DNA from: Ureibacillus sp.
Lineage (GTDB): Bacteria > Bacillota > Bacilli > Bacillales_A > Planococcaceae
Length of the DNA stretch: 64,000 nucleotides
Reading direction: 5' to 3'
NCBI GenBank assembly: GCA_035556295.1
Contig: DATMFE010000363.1
Location: forward strand, 25,131-89,130
A model generated the notes under the pieces. It did no database searches, was not told the origin of the DNA, and saw only the letters and a program-made list of their open reading frames with translations. Shown in pieces: positions 39,752 through 52,519 of this stretch; position 1 is the stretch's first letter; each line of letters begins with the position of its first letter. A program made the translations under genes and the position numbers.

Positions 39752-41065
39752 GTGAATGGCATGAATGAAACAATTAAGCTAAAGAAAGCAACGTATCATT
39801 TGTACACATTTTTAGTTAGTAAAATGATTTCCGCACTTGGTGCAAATGTGTACTCTTTTGGTATGAGTATGTTTATTTTATCGATTACTGGATCAGCACT
39901 AAGTTTTGCAGCAAATTTAATTTTTAGTATTATACCTCGGACAATATTGGCTCCTATTGCGGGAATTCTGGTTGATAAATTTTCAAGAAAAACTATTGTA
40001 TTGACCGGGCAAGCTGGAATTGTATTAACAATATTAGGGTTACTTACTTACAGTTTAATATTCGGTCTGTCAATCCCGGCAATTTATGTCACAACAGTTT
40101 TTTACTCAATCTGTAGTACATTTACGGGAATTGCGTTTTCTGCATCAATCGGAAACCTTGTAGATGAAGAGCGACTACAAAAAGCGATGTCATTTAACCA
40201 ACTATCCCTTTCCATTGCAGGGATTGGTGGTCCAGTTGTTGGTGGTATGTTATTCGGATTTTTCAACATTGAAATGTTCTTAATCATTAATGTTATTGCT
40301 TATGCAATTGCCTTCTTATTAGAAGCAACAATGGATTTTAAACTTTATTCAAAAAATCAAGAGCAATCTTCAGAAGTTAAAAAAGAGAGTATGATGAGTA
40401 GTTTAAAAGAAGGGTTGTCTTATTTAAAAACAAAACCAGTTGTTTCAAGTTTATTGTGGGTATTGTTATTACTTAATATGTTCTTTACTGCGGTAAATGT
40501 CGGACTCAGTTTTATATTAGTTAATATTTTAAAAATTGAATATTCATTAATTGGTATTATTGAGGCAGGATCTGCAATTGGAATGTTATTATTCTCCATT
40601 TATTTTGCAACGCGTTCCAATGTAAAATATCCGTTATTGTTCTCAAAAAGATCCATTTTAGGTATGTCTCTTCTAGTAAGTGCGATTGCTGTACCACTAT
40701 TAATTACTTTTTCTAGTAGTGTAAACTTTATTTATTTCTTTATTGTCATGTTCTTATTTGGTAGTTTTGGAGTTTTAACGAATACTCCGATTGGTGTACT
40801 TTTACAAAAAGAAGTTGAAGAAAATTATCGTGGACGTATTTTTGGGATTCTTGAGATGGTGGCAATGGGAATGATGCCACTTGGAACATTAATATTTGGA
40901 ATCTTATATGATATTATTCCAGCTCAGTATATTCTAATAGTGTCCAGTATAACTCTAGTAGCAATCGTAATTATTTTCCTACGTCGTTCAGTAATCGAAT
41001 TGGCACATCCTGAATTAAAAAATAAACAAAACGCAAAAGTCGACACAATTGAAGTATTAGAATAA
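39752..41065 (+). CDS. MFS transporter (DHA3/macrolide-efflux-like)
   Basis: About 12 TMs, GILVDKFSRK, YRGRIFG. Confidence 0.85.
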   Translation: MNGMNETIKLKKATYHLYTFLVSKMISALGANVYSFGMSMFILSITGSALSFAANLIFSIIPRTILAPIAGILVDKFSRKTIVLTGQAGIVLTILGLLTYSLIFGLSIPAIYVTTVFYSICSTFTGIAFSASIGNLVDEERLQKAMSFNQLSLSIAGIGGPVVGGMLFGFFNIEMFLIINVIAYAIAFLLEATMDFKLYSKNQEQSSEVKKESMMSSLKEGLSYLKTKPVVSSLLWVLLLLNMFFTAVNVGLSFILVNILKIEYSLIGIIEAGSAIGMLLFSIYFATRSNVKYPLLFSKRSILGMSLLVSAIAVPLLITFSSSVNFIYFFIVMFLFGSFGVLTNTPIGVLLQKEVEENYRGRIFGILEMVAMGMMPLGTLIFGILYDIIPAQYILIVSSITLVAIVIIFLRRSVIELAHPELKNKQNAKVDTIEVLE

Positions 41066-41116
41066 GAAAGTAAAAGAGTTGTTCCTATAAAAATAGGAGC
41101 AACTCTTTTTTTCATA

Positions 41117-41707
41117 TTAGAATGCAATGCGTTTTGCTTCATATTGAGCGATTTGTTCTTCATATTTAAATGTTAATGAGATTTCATCCCATCCATTTAA
41201 TAGCATTTCTTTGTAGTATGGATCGATGTTAAAGCTATAAACTTTTCCATCTTCCCCTGTTACGGTTTGATCTTGTAAATTGACGTCTACAGAATATGGT
41301 GCTTTCATTCCTTTATCAAGAATTTCATCACATTCTGCTTCAGTTAGTTTAATCGGTAAAATACCATTTTTAAAACAGTTGTTATGGAAAATATCTGCAA
41401 AACTTGGTGCAATCACTACACGGAAGCCATAGTCTAAAATTGCCCAAGGAGCATGCTCACGTGAAGATCCACAACCAAAGTTATCTTGCGCAACTAAAAT
41501 TTGAGACCCTTTATATTCTGGTTTATTTAATACGAAGTCGGCATTTTCATTTCCTTTTTCGTCAAAACGCCAATGATAGAAAAGGTATTTTCCGAAACCT
41601 GTACGTTCAATTCGTTTTAAGAATTCTTTTGAAATGATTTGGTCTGTATCGACGTTTTTACGATCTAATGGTGTGATGACACTCGTTACTTTATTAATTG
41701 GTTCCAT
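41117..41707 (-). CDS. leuD: 3-isopropylmalate dehydratase small subunit
   Basis: NVDTDQII, NFGCGSSREHAPWA. Confidence 0.97.
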   Translation of the reverse strand: MEPINKVTSVITPLDRKNVDTDQIISKEFLKRIERTGFGKYLFYHWRFDEKGNENADFVLNKPEYKGSQILVAQDNFGCGSSREHAPWAILDYGFRVVIAPSFADIFHNNCFKNGILPIKLTEAECDEILDKGMKAPYSVDVNLQDQTVTGEDGKVYSFNIDPYYKEMLLNGWDEISLTFKYEEQIAQYEAKRIAF

Positions 41708-41722
41708 GTGATTACCGCCTCT

Positions 41723-43138
41723 CTACACTTCTTGTGCTTGCTTTACGTATTTGCGTACGTCAACGAAGTGACCTTCAATTGCTGCAGCTGCTGCCATTGC
41801 TGGACTTACAAGGTGAGTACGTGCTCCTGCACCTTGACGACCTTCAAAGTTACGGTTAGAAGTAGATGCACAACGCTCACCAGAAGGAATTGTATCTTCG
41901 TTCATTCCTAAGCAAGCTGAGCATCCTGATTCTCGCCATTCAAAACCAGCTTCTAAGAAGATTTGATCTAAGCCCTCTTCTTCTGCTGCTTTTTTCGTAG
42001 ACCATGAACCAGGTACAACGATTCCGCGTACTCCAGGGTGTAACTTTTTCCCTTTTACAATAGTTGCTGCAGTCCTTAAATCAGATAGTCGCGAATTTGT
42101 ACATGAACCGATAAATACATGTTGGATATCAATCGACTCGATTGGTTGCCCTTCTTCAAGACCCATATATTCTAGTGCTTTTCTTAATGCATGTTTATCA
42201 GATTCAGATTCGTAATCGGCTGCAGTTGGAACAGTTTTTGATACTCCAGTACCCATTGAAGGGTTGGTACCCCAAGTAACAATTGGTTCGATTTCGTCTG
42301 CATCAATTTCTAGTACAACATCGTATGTTGCATCAGAATCAGAAGCAAGGCTCAACCAATAATTTGAAGCCTCTTCAAACTTCTCATCTTTTGGTGCAAA
42401 ACGACGACCTTTAATAAAGTCAACTGTTGTTTCGTCAGGTGAAATTAGACCCGCTTTTGCTCCAGCTTCAATGGACATATTACAAATTGTCATTCTTTCT
42501 TCCATAGTTAATGAACGAATCGCTTCACCAGTAAATTCCACGATGTGTCCAGTACCAACACCAATTCCCCATTTTGCAATGATTGCTAGAATGATATCTT
42601 TTGCAGCAACGCCTACACCAAGTTTACCATTCACACGAATTTCCATTGTTTTTGGTTTGTTTTGCCATAAAGTTTGTGTTGATAATACATGTTCTACTTC
42701 TGATGTACCGATACCGAACGCCAAAGCTCCAAATGCACCGTGTGTAGATGTATGTGAATCACCACAAACAATTGTTTTACCTGGTTGTGTTAAACCTAAT
42801 TCAGGACCAATTACGTGTACAATCCCTTGATCTGGATGACCAATATCTGCAAGTTGAATACCAAATTCTTTTGCATTATCAGCTAATGTTGTAATTTGCT
42901 TTTTTGCGATTGGATCATTAATTGTTGGTAAATTTTTTGTTGGTACGTTGTGATCCATTGTTGCAAAACATAGGTCAGGACGACGAACTTTACGTCCTGC
43001 TAAACGTAATCCTTCAAATGCTTGAGGAGATGTTACTTCATGAATTAAATGAAGATCGATATAAAGTAAATCTGGTTTTCCTTCTTCATGATGTACAACG
43101 TGTGTATCCCATATTTTTTCAATAATATTTTTTCCCAT
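41723..43138 (-). CDS. leuC: 3-isopropylmalate dehydratase large subunit
   Basis: [38 protein letters not shown]. Confidence 0.97.
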   Translation of the reverse strand: MGKNIIEKIWDTHVVHHEEGKPDLLYIDLHLIHEVTSPQAFEGLRLAGRKVRRPDLCFATMDHNVPTKNLPTINDPIAKKQITTLADNAKEFGIQLADIGHPDQGIVHVIGPELGLTQPGKTIVCGDSHTSTHGAFGALAFGIGTSEVEHVLSTQTLWQNKPKTMEIRVNGKLGVGVAAKDIILAIIAKWGIGVGTGHIVEFTGEAIRSLTMEERMTICNMSIEAGAKAGLISPDETTVDFIKGRRFAPKDEKFEEASNYWLSLASDSDATYDVVLEIDADEIEPIVTWGTNPSMGTGVSKTVPTAADYESESDKHALRKALEYMGLEEGQPIESIDIQHVFIGSCTNSRLSDLRTAATIVKGKKLHPGVRGIVVPGSWSTKKAAEEEGLDQIFLEAGFEWRESGCSACLGMNEDTIPSGERCASTSNRNFEGRQGAGARTHLVSPAMAAAAAIEGHFVDVRKYVKQAQEV

Positions 43139-43154
43139 CAATATTCACCAACCC

Positions 43155-44252
43155 TTAAATATAAGATTCTACAATACTATCAGCTACAAAATTTGTATCG
43201 ATTTCGGCAATTACACGATCCGTCCATTCATTTGTTGTTAAAGAACGAGAAGCACCTCTTGCTAGATCTGCCGTATAATAACCATCTTCAAAAACTGCAC
43301 TTACTGCTCGTTCAATTTCTACAGCTTCATCTTTTAAACCAAATGAATAGCGTAACATCATGGCTACAGAAAGAATTGTGGCTGCTGGGTTTGCTTTCCC
43401 TTGACCCGCGATGTCAGGTGCTGAACCATGAACTGGTTCATATAAACCGAAATTATCACTTCGAATGGATGCAGAAGGTAAAACTCCTAGCGATCCAGTA
43501 ATCACAGATGCTTCATCACTTAAAATATCACCAAACATATTGTCAGTAACGACAACATCATAATGTCCAGGATTTGTTATTAGCTTCATAGCAACAGAGT
43601 CAACTAAATTGTGTTCCACTTCAACATCTGGATATTGTTCTTTCTTTTCTTCGACTACTTCACGCCATAATCGAGATGTTTCTAACACGTTTGCTTTATC
43701 GACAGAACATAATTTACCTCTACGTAAACGCGCCATTTCAAAAGCATTATCTACAATACGTTCAATTTCTTCTCGTGTATATATATTTAAATCGCTTGCT
43801 TGTTCTAAGTCGCGATGTTTTTCTCCAAAGTAAATACCACTTGTTAATTCACGAACAATCATTAAGTCTACGTTTTCCGCAACTTCACGTTTCAATGGAG
43901 AAGCACCTAGTAAACTAGGAAATGCTTTTACAGGGCGAAGGTTTGCGAATAGATCAAACGTTTTTCTTATTTTGAGTAATCCTTTTTCCGGACGTAACTC
44001 AGGTGGGTTGTTATCCCATTTAGGTCCACCTACAGCACCTAATAAAATTGCATCGCTTTCCTCACATAGAGCAATCGTTTCATCTGGTAGTGGATTATTA
44101 AATTGATCAATTGCAGCACCACCAATTGTTGCATAGTTTAGTTGAAATTCATGGTTGTAACGTTTACCGATTGCTTGTAAAACTCGAACAGCTGAAGCAA
44201 CAACCTCAGGACCAATTCCATCGCCAGGTAAAACAGTAATTTTCTTTTCCAT
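43155..44252 (-). CDS. leuB: 3-isopropylmalate dehydrogenase
   Basis: LPGDGIGPEV, NMFGDILSDEA, EPVHGSAPDIAG; AAAGGTG RBS before ATG 44252. Confidence 0.97.
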   Translation of the reverse strand: MEKKITVLPGDGIGPEVVASAVRVLQAIGKRYNHEFQLNYATIGGAAIDQFNNPLPDETIALCEESDAILLGAVGGPKWDNNPPELRPEKGLLKIRKTFDLFANLRPVKAFPSLLGASPLKREVAENVDLMIVRELTSGIYFGEKHRDLEQASDLNIYTREEIERIVDNAFEMARLRRGKLCSVDKANVLETSRLWREVVEEKKEQYPDVEVEHNLVDSVAMKLITNPGHYDVVVTDNMFGDILSDEASVITGSLGVLPSASIRSDNFGLYEPVHGSAPDIAGQGKANPAATILSVAMMLRYSFGLKDEAVEIERAVSAVFEDGYYTADLARGASRSLTTNEWTDRVIAEIDTNFVADSIVESYI

Positions 44253-44431
44253 TGTATAACACCTTTCTTTACAGTTAGTTGAAGTGCGAAATCGCAAAAC
44301 ATTTTATTGGGTTACACCCTATTTATCTATAAGAGAGTACTAGATTCTCTACAAATTTTAGAGAAACGCCATCAAACCTGTTATATTTGATGGCGTCAAA
44401 TTGATTCATTTTTTAAAGCCAAAACGAGGTT

Positions 44432-45975
44432 TTACACAATTGTTGTTTGTGTAAGTCTAATTTTTTCATGAATAATGTTACGGTTAATTGCATCAATAAA
44501 GGCATTTGCAGTTGCCTCTAGTACGTCTTGTGATGAATCACGACCAGTTGTTTCTGTTCCGTTAATTCGTAAATTTACAACCGCATCGGCTAAAGCATCG
44601 CGGCCTTTACTTACAGATTTCACTTGGAAATCCATTACATTAACTTTTGAGTTTACTAACTGTTCTAAAGTATTGAAAATTGCTTCTACAGAACCAGCAC
44701 CCGTTGCTGCAATTGTTCTTAAATCGCCATCAGGAGTTACTACGGATGCTGTTGCTGTTGGAATATTATCAGTTCCATAAGAAACTTGAACACTCTTCAA
44801 TTCAAACATTGGAAGGTTTTCAATTGTCACTTGTTGTTCCGTTAACAATGTAATTAAATCATCTTCCGTAATTTCTTTTTTACGGTCAGCTAATTTTTTA
44901 AATTCTTGGAACGCTTTATTGATTTTTTCATCGGATAATTCATAACCCATTTTAATTGCTCGATCTCTAAATGCTGCACGACCTGAGTGCTTACCTAAAA
45001 CTAAAGGTACTTCCCCTTCACCGATTAATGCTGGTGAAATGATTTCATATGTTTCTTTATGTTTTAGTACTCCATCTTGGTGAATTCCAGATTCATGAGC
45101 AAATGCATTTTTACCAACTACTGCTTTATTCGGTTGAATCAAAGATCCTGTTAAACGACTTACTAACTGAGAAGTACGTTTAATTTCTTTTAAATTAATG
45201 CCTGTTTCAACTGGATAAAAGTCATTACGAATATGAAGTGCTACAGCAATTTCTTCTAATGCTGCATTTCCTGCACGTTCCCCAATACCGTTAATTGTAC
45301 ATTCTATTTGATCTGCACCGTTTTCCATTGCCGCTATTGAATTCGCAACAGCCATACCTAAGTCATCATGGCAATGTGCTGAAAATTTCACTTTATGAGA
45401 ACCACGAACGTTTTCACGTAAGAATCGGAAAAGTTCTCCGTATTCTTGAGGTGATGCATATCCAACCGTATCTGGTACGTTAATTGTTGTTGCGCCTGCT
45501 TCAATTACCTGTTCAATAATTCTAACAAGGAAATCACGGTCAGAACGGAATCCATCTTCAGCTGACCATTCTACCAATGGGAAGAATTTCTTTGCATATT
45601 TAACTGCTTCAATTGCTTGCTCTACAACTTGATCTGGAGTTTTCTTTAATTTGTACTCCATATGAATAGGGCTTGTTGCTAAAAATACATGTACATGTGG
45701 TTGTTCCGCACCTTTTAATGCTTCCCAAGCAGCATCGATATCACTTTGCACACAACGTGCTAAACCTGTAACAATAGAATTTTTAACCGTTCCCGCGATT
45801 CGTTGTACTGCATCCAAATCGCCAGGGCTTGAAGCAGGAAAACCTGCTTCAATAATTGTTACACCTAGACGTTCTAATTGTTTTGCAATCTCAATTTTTT
45901 CTGCAGTATTTAAGTTAATCCCAGCTGACTGTTCTCCATCACGAAGTGTCGTATCAAAAATATCTATTTTACGCA

Positions 45976-45976
<1 letters not shown>
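44432..45976 (-). CDS. leuA: 2-isopropylmalate synthase
   Basis: [34 protein letters not shown]-terminal regulatory domain. Confidence 0.97.
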
Positions 45977-47001
<1,025 letters not shown>

Positions 47002-47085
47002 CTAGTATTTTAATTTTTAATTTTGTGTGATTCTCTTTACGAGAATTACGTTTTTATATACTAACTAACTTTGTAAGAGTATCTC

Positions 47086-47601
47086 TTACTTCAGTATAGA
47101 AAGTTGTGGTGTTTCAATAGGTTGTGTTTCACGTACTGTAGCTGTAATGCCCGTACGTGTAATTTCTTTAATTCCATATGGTCGAATTAATTCTATAAAC
47201 GCATCTATTTTTTCTGGATTTCCGACTACTTGATATGTGACAACATTTTTGGATGTGTCAATAATTTGAGGTCGGAATGGCTCAACAATTGCATTGATTT
47301 CTATTCTTAAATTTGCAGGTGAAACGACTTTGACTAAAGCCAATTCGCGAAGAACAATAGACTTTTCCGAAATATCATTCACCTTTAACACATCTATTTG
47401 TTTAGACAATTGTTTGATCATTTGCTCAAGCTTCACTTCATCTAATATATTTACAACCAAAGTCATTTTGGAGATATTTGGTTGTTCAGTGTGACCAACT
47501 GTAATGGATTCAATATTGAACTGTCGTTTCATAAGTAATCCTGTAACTCGGTTCAGTACACCACTTTGGTTTAAAACAGTTACTGTTATAACTCGTCTCA
47601 T
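47086..47601 (-). CDS. ilvN: Acetolactate synthase small (regulatory) subunit
   Basis: ACT domain [21 protein letters not shown]; RELALVKV. Confidence 0.95.
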   Translation of the reverse strand: MRRVITVTVLNQSGVLNRVTGLLMKRQFNIESITVGHTEQPNISKMTLVVNILDEVKLEQMIKQLSKQIDVLKVNDISEKSIVLRELALVKVVSPANLRIEINAIVEPFRPQIIDTSKNVVTYQVVGNPEKIDAFIELIRPYGIKEITRTGITATVRETQPIETPQLSILK

Positions 47602-49358
47602 AGTCTTTTCACCCCTACAATATCATCAAGTGATTTACCAGCAGGAACCATTGGATATACATTTTCTAATTGTTTAACCCTTGCATCAATAACAGCTGGT
47701 TCATCAGAATTTAGTGCCTCTTCTAAAATTGCACCAGCCTCATCGATCGTTGTAATACGATACCCTTTTAACCCAAAGGCATCTGCTAGTTTTACAAAAT
47801 CAGGTTGTACAGGCATTAAAGATTGAGAGTATCGGCCATCATAAAATAGCTCTTGCCACTGACGTACCATACCTAATGCCGAATTGTTAATAATGACAAC
47901 TTTAACCGGTAAATTATATTCTTTTAATACTGCAAGCTCTTGGTTTGTCATTTGGAAACCTGCATCTCCAACAATTGCAATGACTTTTCGATCCGGTTTA
48001 GCAAATTGAGCGCCTATTGCTGCCGGGAATCCGAAGCCCATCGTTCCTAAACCACCAGATGTAACCCAACTATGGTCGTTGTTTAATTTGTAGTACTGAG
48101 CGCTCCACATTTGATGTTGCCCAACGTCTGTAGTAACTATTGCTTCCCCACCTGTGATGGCATGAACCATTTCAATAATTTGTTGAGGTAAAATTTCATT
48201 TTCGTCTTCAACATACCAGTAAGGGAAATCGTTTTGCTTTTGCTTTAAGAAATCTAACCATTCACCGTTCTCTGGTGCTTGAATATCTTTATTGATTAAT
48301 GCTTTAATAGCCTCTTTCGCATCAGCAACAATCGGAATATCTGTTGGAATGTTTTTACCGATTTCTGCAGGATCAATGTCAATATGAATAATTGTTGCAT
48401 TTGGTGCAAATCGTTTTGTGTCTCCAGTTAAACGATCATCAAAACGTGCACCAATATTAATCAATAAATCACATTTTTGAATTGCATCATTTGCCACTGC
48501 TGCCCCGTGCATACCAGCCATTCCAAAGTTGAGTTCGTGATTACCATGAATACTTCCTAGACCAAGTAAAGTATTCACTACGGGCAATTTGTACTTTTCA
48601 ACTAATTCAGTTAATTCAGAACGTGCATCTGCAAATAATACTCCAGCTCCTGCTAAGATTAATGGTTTTTTTGATTCAGAAATTGCTTGTGCAGCTTTTT
48701 GAATTTGTAAATAATTCGGCTTTGTGTTTGGTTGATATCCTGGTAAATAAATTGGCTCATCATTTCCAATAAGGTCTGCCACATCAAACAAGTCTGCAGA
48801 AACATTCTTTGGAAAATCAATCAGTACAGGACCCTTTCTACCAGTGTTTGCTATATGAAAAGCTTCTTTTACGATTCTTGGAATGTCTCGAACATCTTGA
48901 ACTTGATAATTATGTTTTGTAATAGGAGTTGTGATACCAATAATATCTGCTTCTTGGAATGCATCTGATCCAATCACACTAGTTGCTACTTGACCAGTAA
49001 AAATTACAAGTGGAATAGAATCAATCATTGCATCCGTAATTCCAGTCACAAGATTTGTAGCACCAGGTCCTGAAGTTGCAATAACAACACCCGGTTTATT
49101 TGATACTCGTGCATACCCCTCAGCGGCGTGGATAGCACCTTGCTCATGGCGAGTTAAAATATGTCGGATTGGATTTTTATAAAGTGCATCATATACATTC
49201 AGCACTGCACCACCAGGATATCCAAAAACAATATCAACACCTTGCTCCTTTAATGCATAGACTAGCAAATCAGAACCAGTTCTAGGTTTAAATGTCTCTT
49301 CAGTTTGCTTTGGTTGATCGGCATCTATTTTTACACTTGTCGTAGTGTTTGTAGTCAT
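47598..49358 (-). CDS. ilvB: Acetolactate synthase large subunit
   Basis: [37 protein letters not shown]. Confidence 0.97.
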   Translation of the reverse strand: MTTNTTTSVKIDADQPKQTEETFKPRTGSDLLVYALKEQGVDIVFGYPGGAVLNVYDALYKNPIRHILTRHEQGAIHAAEGYARVSNKPGVVIATSGPGATNLVTGITDAMIDSIPLVIFTGQVATSVIGSDAFQEADIIGITTPITKHNYQVQDVRDIPRIVKEAFHIANTGRKGPVLIDFPKNVSADLFDVADLIGNDEPIYLPGYQPNTKPNYLQIQKAAQAISESKKPLILAGAGVLFADARSELTELVEKYKLPVVNTLLGLGSIHGNHELNFGMAGMHGAAVANDAIQKCDLLINIGARFDDRLTGDTKRFAPNATIIHIDIDPAEIGKNIPTDIPIVADAKEAIKALINKDIQAPENGEWLDFLKQKQNDFPYWYVEDENEILPQQIIEMVHAITGGEAIVTTDVGQHQMWSAQYYKLNNDHSWVTSGGLGTMGFGFPAAIGAQFAKPDRKVIAIVGDAGFQMTNQELAVLKEYNLPVKVVIINNSALGMVRQWQELFYDGRYSQSLMPVQPDFVKLADAFGLKGYRITTIDEAGAILEEALNSDEPAVIDARVKQLENVYPMVPAGKSLDDIVGVKRL

Positions 49359-49384
49359 TTTTTTATCCTCCTATTCAAATTAAT

Positions 49385-49735
49385 AAAAAAAGAAGTCATT
49401 TTCTCCCACGCAAAAGAAAACCTTTCGCGTAGGGATGAAAATGACTTCCATGGTACCACCCTTATTTATAGCTATAAAAGCTACCTCGTGAATAGCGGGA
49501 AATTATTCATCTCCACTGAATGTTTCAAATAGTATGAAAATTCAGTGTGCAACAAGATGAATACACTATTCGTTGATAACGAGCATTTCGAAATTTGCCC
49601 GGAGCTATCTAATTGCGAAAACGCGTTTAATAGCTCACTCCGAGGGGATGTCGGTAATAGTTGTATCGCCGGGTTCCAGCAATCCCAGCTCTCTGGTAGA
49701 TACAATTCTCTATAACCTTTAACCTCATCATCGAT
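49385..49735 (-). ncRNA. T-box riboswitch (likely Ile/AUC specifier) with terminator, between ilvD and ilvB
   Basis: Minus strand AG box CAGAGAGCTG, GCTGGAA, GAC-ATC-C specifier region, CGTTA F-box, AAGGGTGGTACCATGG T-box pairing with CATCCCT, terminator GAAGTCATTTTC...GAAAATGACTTC+T7. Confidence 0.92.
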
Positions 49736-49841
49736 TATATATATATAAAATAATTGTTTAGTTTAACGAATTAGCCCTTTAATGCTCTAAAGTTTTTGCT
49801 TAAGGATTACCTATATTCAAGGAATTTAAACCACCCTTGAA

Positions 49842-51512
49842 TTAAATACTCATAATACCGCCTTTTGACGCGTTAGTTACAAGTTTAGAATATCTTGCTA
49901 ACCAACCAGTTTTAATTTTAGGTTCAAATGGTTGTAATTCCTTACGACGTTCCTCTAAAATTTCTTGTGAAACTTGTAGATTAATTGTACGGTTTGGTAA
50001 ATCTATTTCAATAATATCACCATTGTTAATTAATGCGATAGGTCCACCTTCTGCTGCTTCTGGAGAAATATGACCAATAGATATCCCTCTAGATGCACCA
50101 CTAAATCTTCCGTCTGTAATAAGTGCAACCTTTGTACCTAATCCACGACCCATAATGGCCGAAGTTGGAGCAAGCATTTCTGGCATCCCTGGTCCACCTT
50201 TTGGACCTTCATATCGAATGACAACTACATGCCCTTCTCGTACACTGCCATCATCAATTGCAGCCTGTGCATCATCTTGTGAGTCAAAGACAATTGCTTC
50301 ACCAGTAAAGGTTTTGATAGAAGGATCAACTGCCCCTACTTTAATTACAGAACCCTCAGGAGCGATATTACCGTATAAAACAGATAAACCTCCTACAGGA
50401 CTATATGGATTATCTTTTGTTCGTATTACTTTATCATTTTTAATTTCATGGTCTTTTACTAAATCCCCCATTGTCTTACCTGTTACAGTAATACGGTTCG
50501 GGTGAATTGCACCAGGAATTTTTGTTAACTCATTTATGATTGCTTCGACGCCACCAGCTTTATTAATATCATCCATTGAAAAATCGGATGCTGGCATAAT
50601 TTTAGCTAAGTAAGGAACTCGTTCAGCAACTTTGTTAATATCTTCAAGGTTGTAATCGATTCCTGCTTCATTTGCAATAGCTAATGTGTGAAGTACTGTA
50701 TTTGTAGAACCACCCATTGCCATATCTAATGCAAACGCATCGTCGATAGCTTCTTTTGTAATGATGTCACGAGGTTTTACATCCTCTTCAATCATTCGAA
50801 CTAAATGTTTTGCAGCTTCACGGATTAATTCTTTTCTTCGTTCACTTGTTGCAACAATTGTTCCGTTTCCTGGAAGAGCAACACCTAACATTTCCATTAA
50901 ACAGTTCATTGAGTTTGCTGTAAACATACCAGAACAAGATCCGCAAGTTGGACATGCATTATTTTCAATATCTAATAATTCATCAGCTGACATTTTACCT
51001 GATTTGTGAGCCCCAACACCTTCAAAAACGGAAGTTAATGAAAGTTGTTTACCTGAAGCTGATACTCCAGCTTCCATTGGACCACCTGATACAAAAATCG
51101 ATGGGACGTTCGTACGAACAGCTGCCATTAACATACCAGGCGTAATTTTGTCACAGTTTGGAATATAGAAAACTCCGTCAAACCAGTGTGCATTTATAAC
51201 GGTTTCAGCAGAGTCTGCAATTAGTTCACGGCTAGGTAATGAATAGCGCATACCAATGTGACCCATTGCGATTCCATCGTCAACACCAATTGTGTTGAAT
51301 TCAAAAGGAATACCACCTGCTTCAATAATTGCTTCTTTAACTTCTTTAGCAAATTCTTGTAAATGAACATGACCAGGAATGATATCGATATAAGAGTTAC
51401 AAATACCGATAAATGGTTTTCCTAAGTCTTTAGCTTTAACTTTACCAGTAGCATATAAAAGACTACGGTGAGGAGCACGATCAACTCCTAATTTAATCAT
51501 ATCACTTCTCAT
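49842..51512 (-). CDS. ilvD: Dihydroxy-acid dehydratase
   Basis: [50 protein letters not shown]. Confidence 0.97.
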   Translation of the reverse strand: MRSDMIKLGVDRAPHRSLLYATGKVKAKDLGKPFIGICNSYIDIIPGHVHLQEFAKEVKEAIIEAGGIPFEFNTIGVDDGIAMGHIGMRYSLPSRELIADSAETVINAHWFDGVFYIPNCDKITPGMLMAAVRTNVPSIFVSGGPMEAGVSASGKQLSLTSVFEGVGAHKSGKMSADELLDIENNACPTCGSCSGMFTANSMNCLMEMLGVALPGNGTIVATSERRKELIREAAKHLVRMIEEDVKPRDIITKEAIDDAFALDMAMGGSTNTVLHTLAIANEAGIDYNLEDINKVAERVPYLAKIMPASDFSMDDINKAGGVEAIINELTKIPGAIHPNRITVTGKTMGDLVKDHEIKNDKVIRTKDNPYSPVGGLSVLYGNIAPEGSVIKVGAVDPSIKTFTGEAIVFDSQDDAQAAIDDGSVREGHVVVIRYEGPKGGPGMPEMLAPTSAIMGRGLGTKVALITDGRFSGASRGISIGHISPEAAEGGPIALINNGDIIEIDLPNRTINLQVSQEILEERRKELQPFEPKIKTGWLARYSKLVTNASKGGIMSI

Positions 51513-51648
51513 AATTGATACGCCCCACATTTTCTTATATTTACTTTGATGTTACTGAAAAATTCTTAATCTAGTTAACACGAGAATGTAAACGAATTTC
51601 GGTAATATTCTGTGTGTTCAAAAGATTAATATTTTTTAAATTGTTGTC

Positions 51649-51737
51649 ATCATAGTACAAGAAAACTCTTTCGTCAACCGAATTTTTCGGACAATTTCTA
51701 CAATTTCGAAATTAATTTCTCGTTGAAATCGTTTTCA
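51649..51737 (-). promoter_or_regulatory. ilvD promoter with CodY box and upstream cre (CcpA) site
   Basis: TTGACG-N17-TATGAT (51677-51649); ATTTTTCGGACAATT (51682-51696, 3 mismatches to AATTTTCWGAAAATT); TGAAATCGTTTTCA (51724-51737) fits the cre consensus. Confidence 0.7.
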
Positions 51738-51832
51738 ATATGAAAAATAAAGGATTTTTCTATTTTGTTAAATTTTTTTAAAATTTTTTGTTTTCATGTT
51801 TTTATGTATAGTTGTGGAATTATAGGTAAAAA

Positions 51833-51861
51833 TAAAAAAAGCCTAGGGAGAACCTAGGCTT
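51833..51861 (-). terminator. Terminator of the 35-aa sORF
   Basis: Minus strand AGCCTAGG-loop-CCTAGGCT followed by a T run. Confidence 0.75.
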
Positions 51862-51875
51862 ACTCATTAATGTGA

Positions 51876-51983
51876 TTATTTAAAGAACAAAAGATCTACG
51901 GATAAGTTCATCAGGATGACTGAGTGAAGTACTGCAAAAAGAAAAGCTTGGCGATTTAACCTCTTGATTAATTTACTATCCAT
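51876..51983 (-). CDS. 35-aa hydrophobic small protein (not in ORF track)
   Basis: MDSKLIKRLNRQAFLFAVLHSVILMNLSVDLLFFK; GGGTGGGTG RBS-like sequence; TTGCAT-N17-TATAAT promoter (52056-52028); own terminator. Confidence 0.6.
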   Translation of the reverse strand: MDSKLIKRLNRQAFLFAVLHSVILMNLSVDLLFFK

Positions 51984-52220
51984 ATAAAGCACCCACCCTA
52001 TCATTTAAATTTGTCTAACTTGTGAACATTATATGACAGTTACCTAAAAAATGCAAAATATTTTGAATACTTTTATCACAACTTCTTATTAAACTTTTTT
52101 ATAAGATAATTACATAATTGATGTATAGTTTTTTATTTTTAATAAAAAATATGTATAGTACAAACACTTCAAATTGTGATTGTTAAATGAAGTACTTACT
52201 TTTAAAGGAGATGGACAACT

Positions 52221-52478
52221 ATGATGAGCTTCATTTGGTTTTTAATTATTGGTGGTGTTTTAGGTTGGTTAGCTGGAGTTATTCTTGGAAAAGATGTTCC
52301 AGGTGGAGTAATTGGTAATATTGTGGCTGGAATTATTGGATCATGGATTGGTAGCGCTTTGTTAGGAAACTGGGGTTGGCAAGTTTCTGATTTTTACGTG
52401 TTCCCAGCATTAATCGGTGCCATTGTTCTAATCTTCATTGTTTCGTTCATTATGCGATCGTTTAGAAAAGCAACTTAA
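52221..52478 (+). CDS. GlsB/YeaQ/YmgE family (transglycosylase-associated) membrane protein
   Basis: IIGGVLGWLAG..GNIVAGIIGSWIG..PALIGAIVL. Confidence 0.88.
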   Translation: MMSFIWFLIIGGVLGWLAGVILGKDVPGGVIGNIVAGIIGSWIGSALLGNWGWQVSDFYVFPALIGAIVLIFIVSFIMRSFRKAT

Positions 52479-52519
52479 TAATATAAAGGGGCCGTCAATG
52501 AAACAGACGACCCCATTTT

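Noticed and set aside
35948-41065. Radical SAM + C39 peptidase + Rgg-like regulator + MFS as a RiPP cluster
   Set aside because: The radical SAM is the widespread YfkA with its own terminator, the peptidase is an exported YvpB-type lipoprotein, and no RBS-led precursor peptide was found nearby.
49481-49705. 74-aa ORF in the ilvB leader
   Set aside because: It coincides with the T-box riboswitch and has no RBS.
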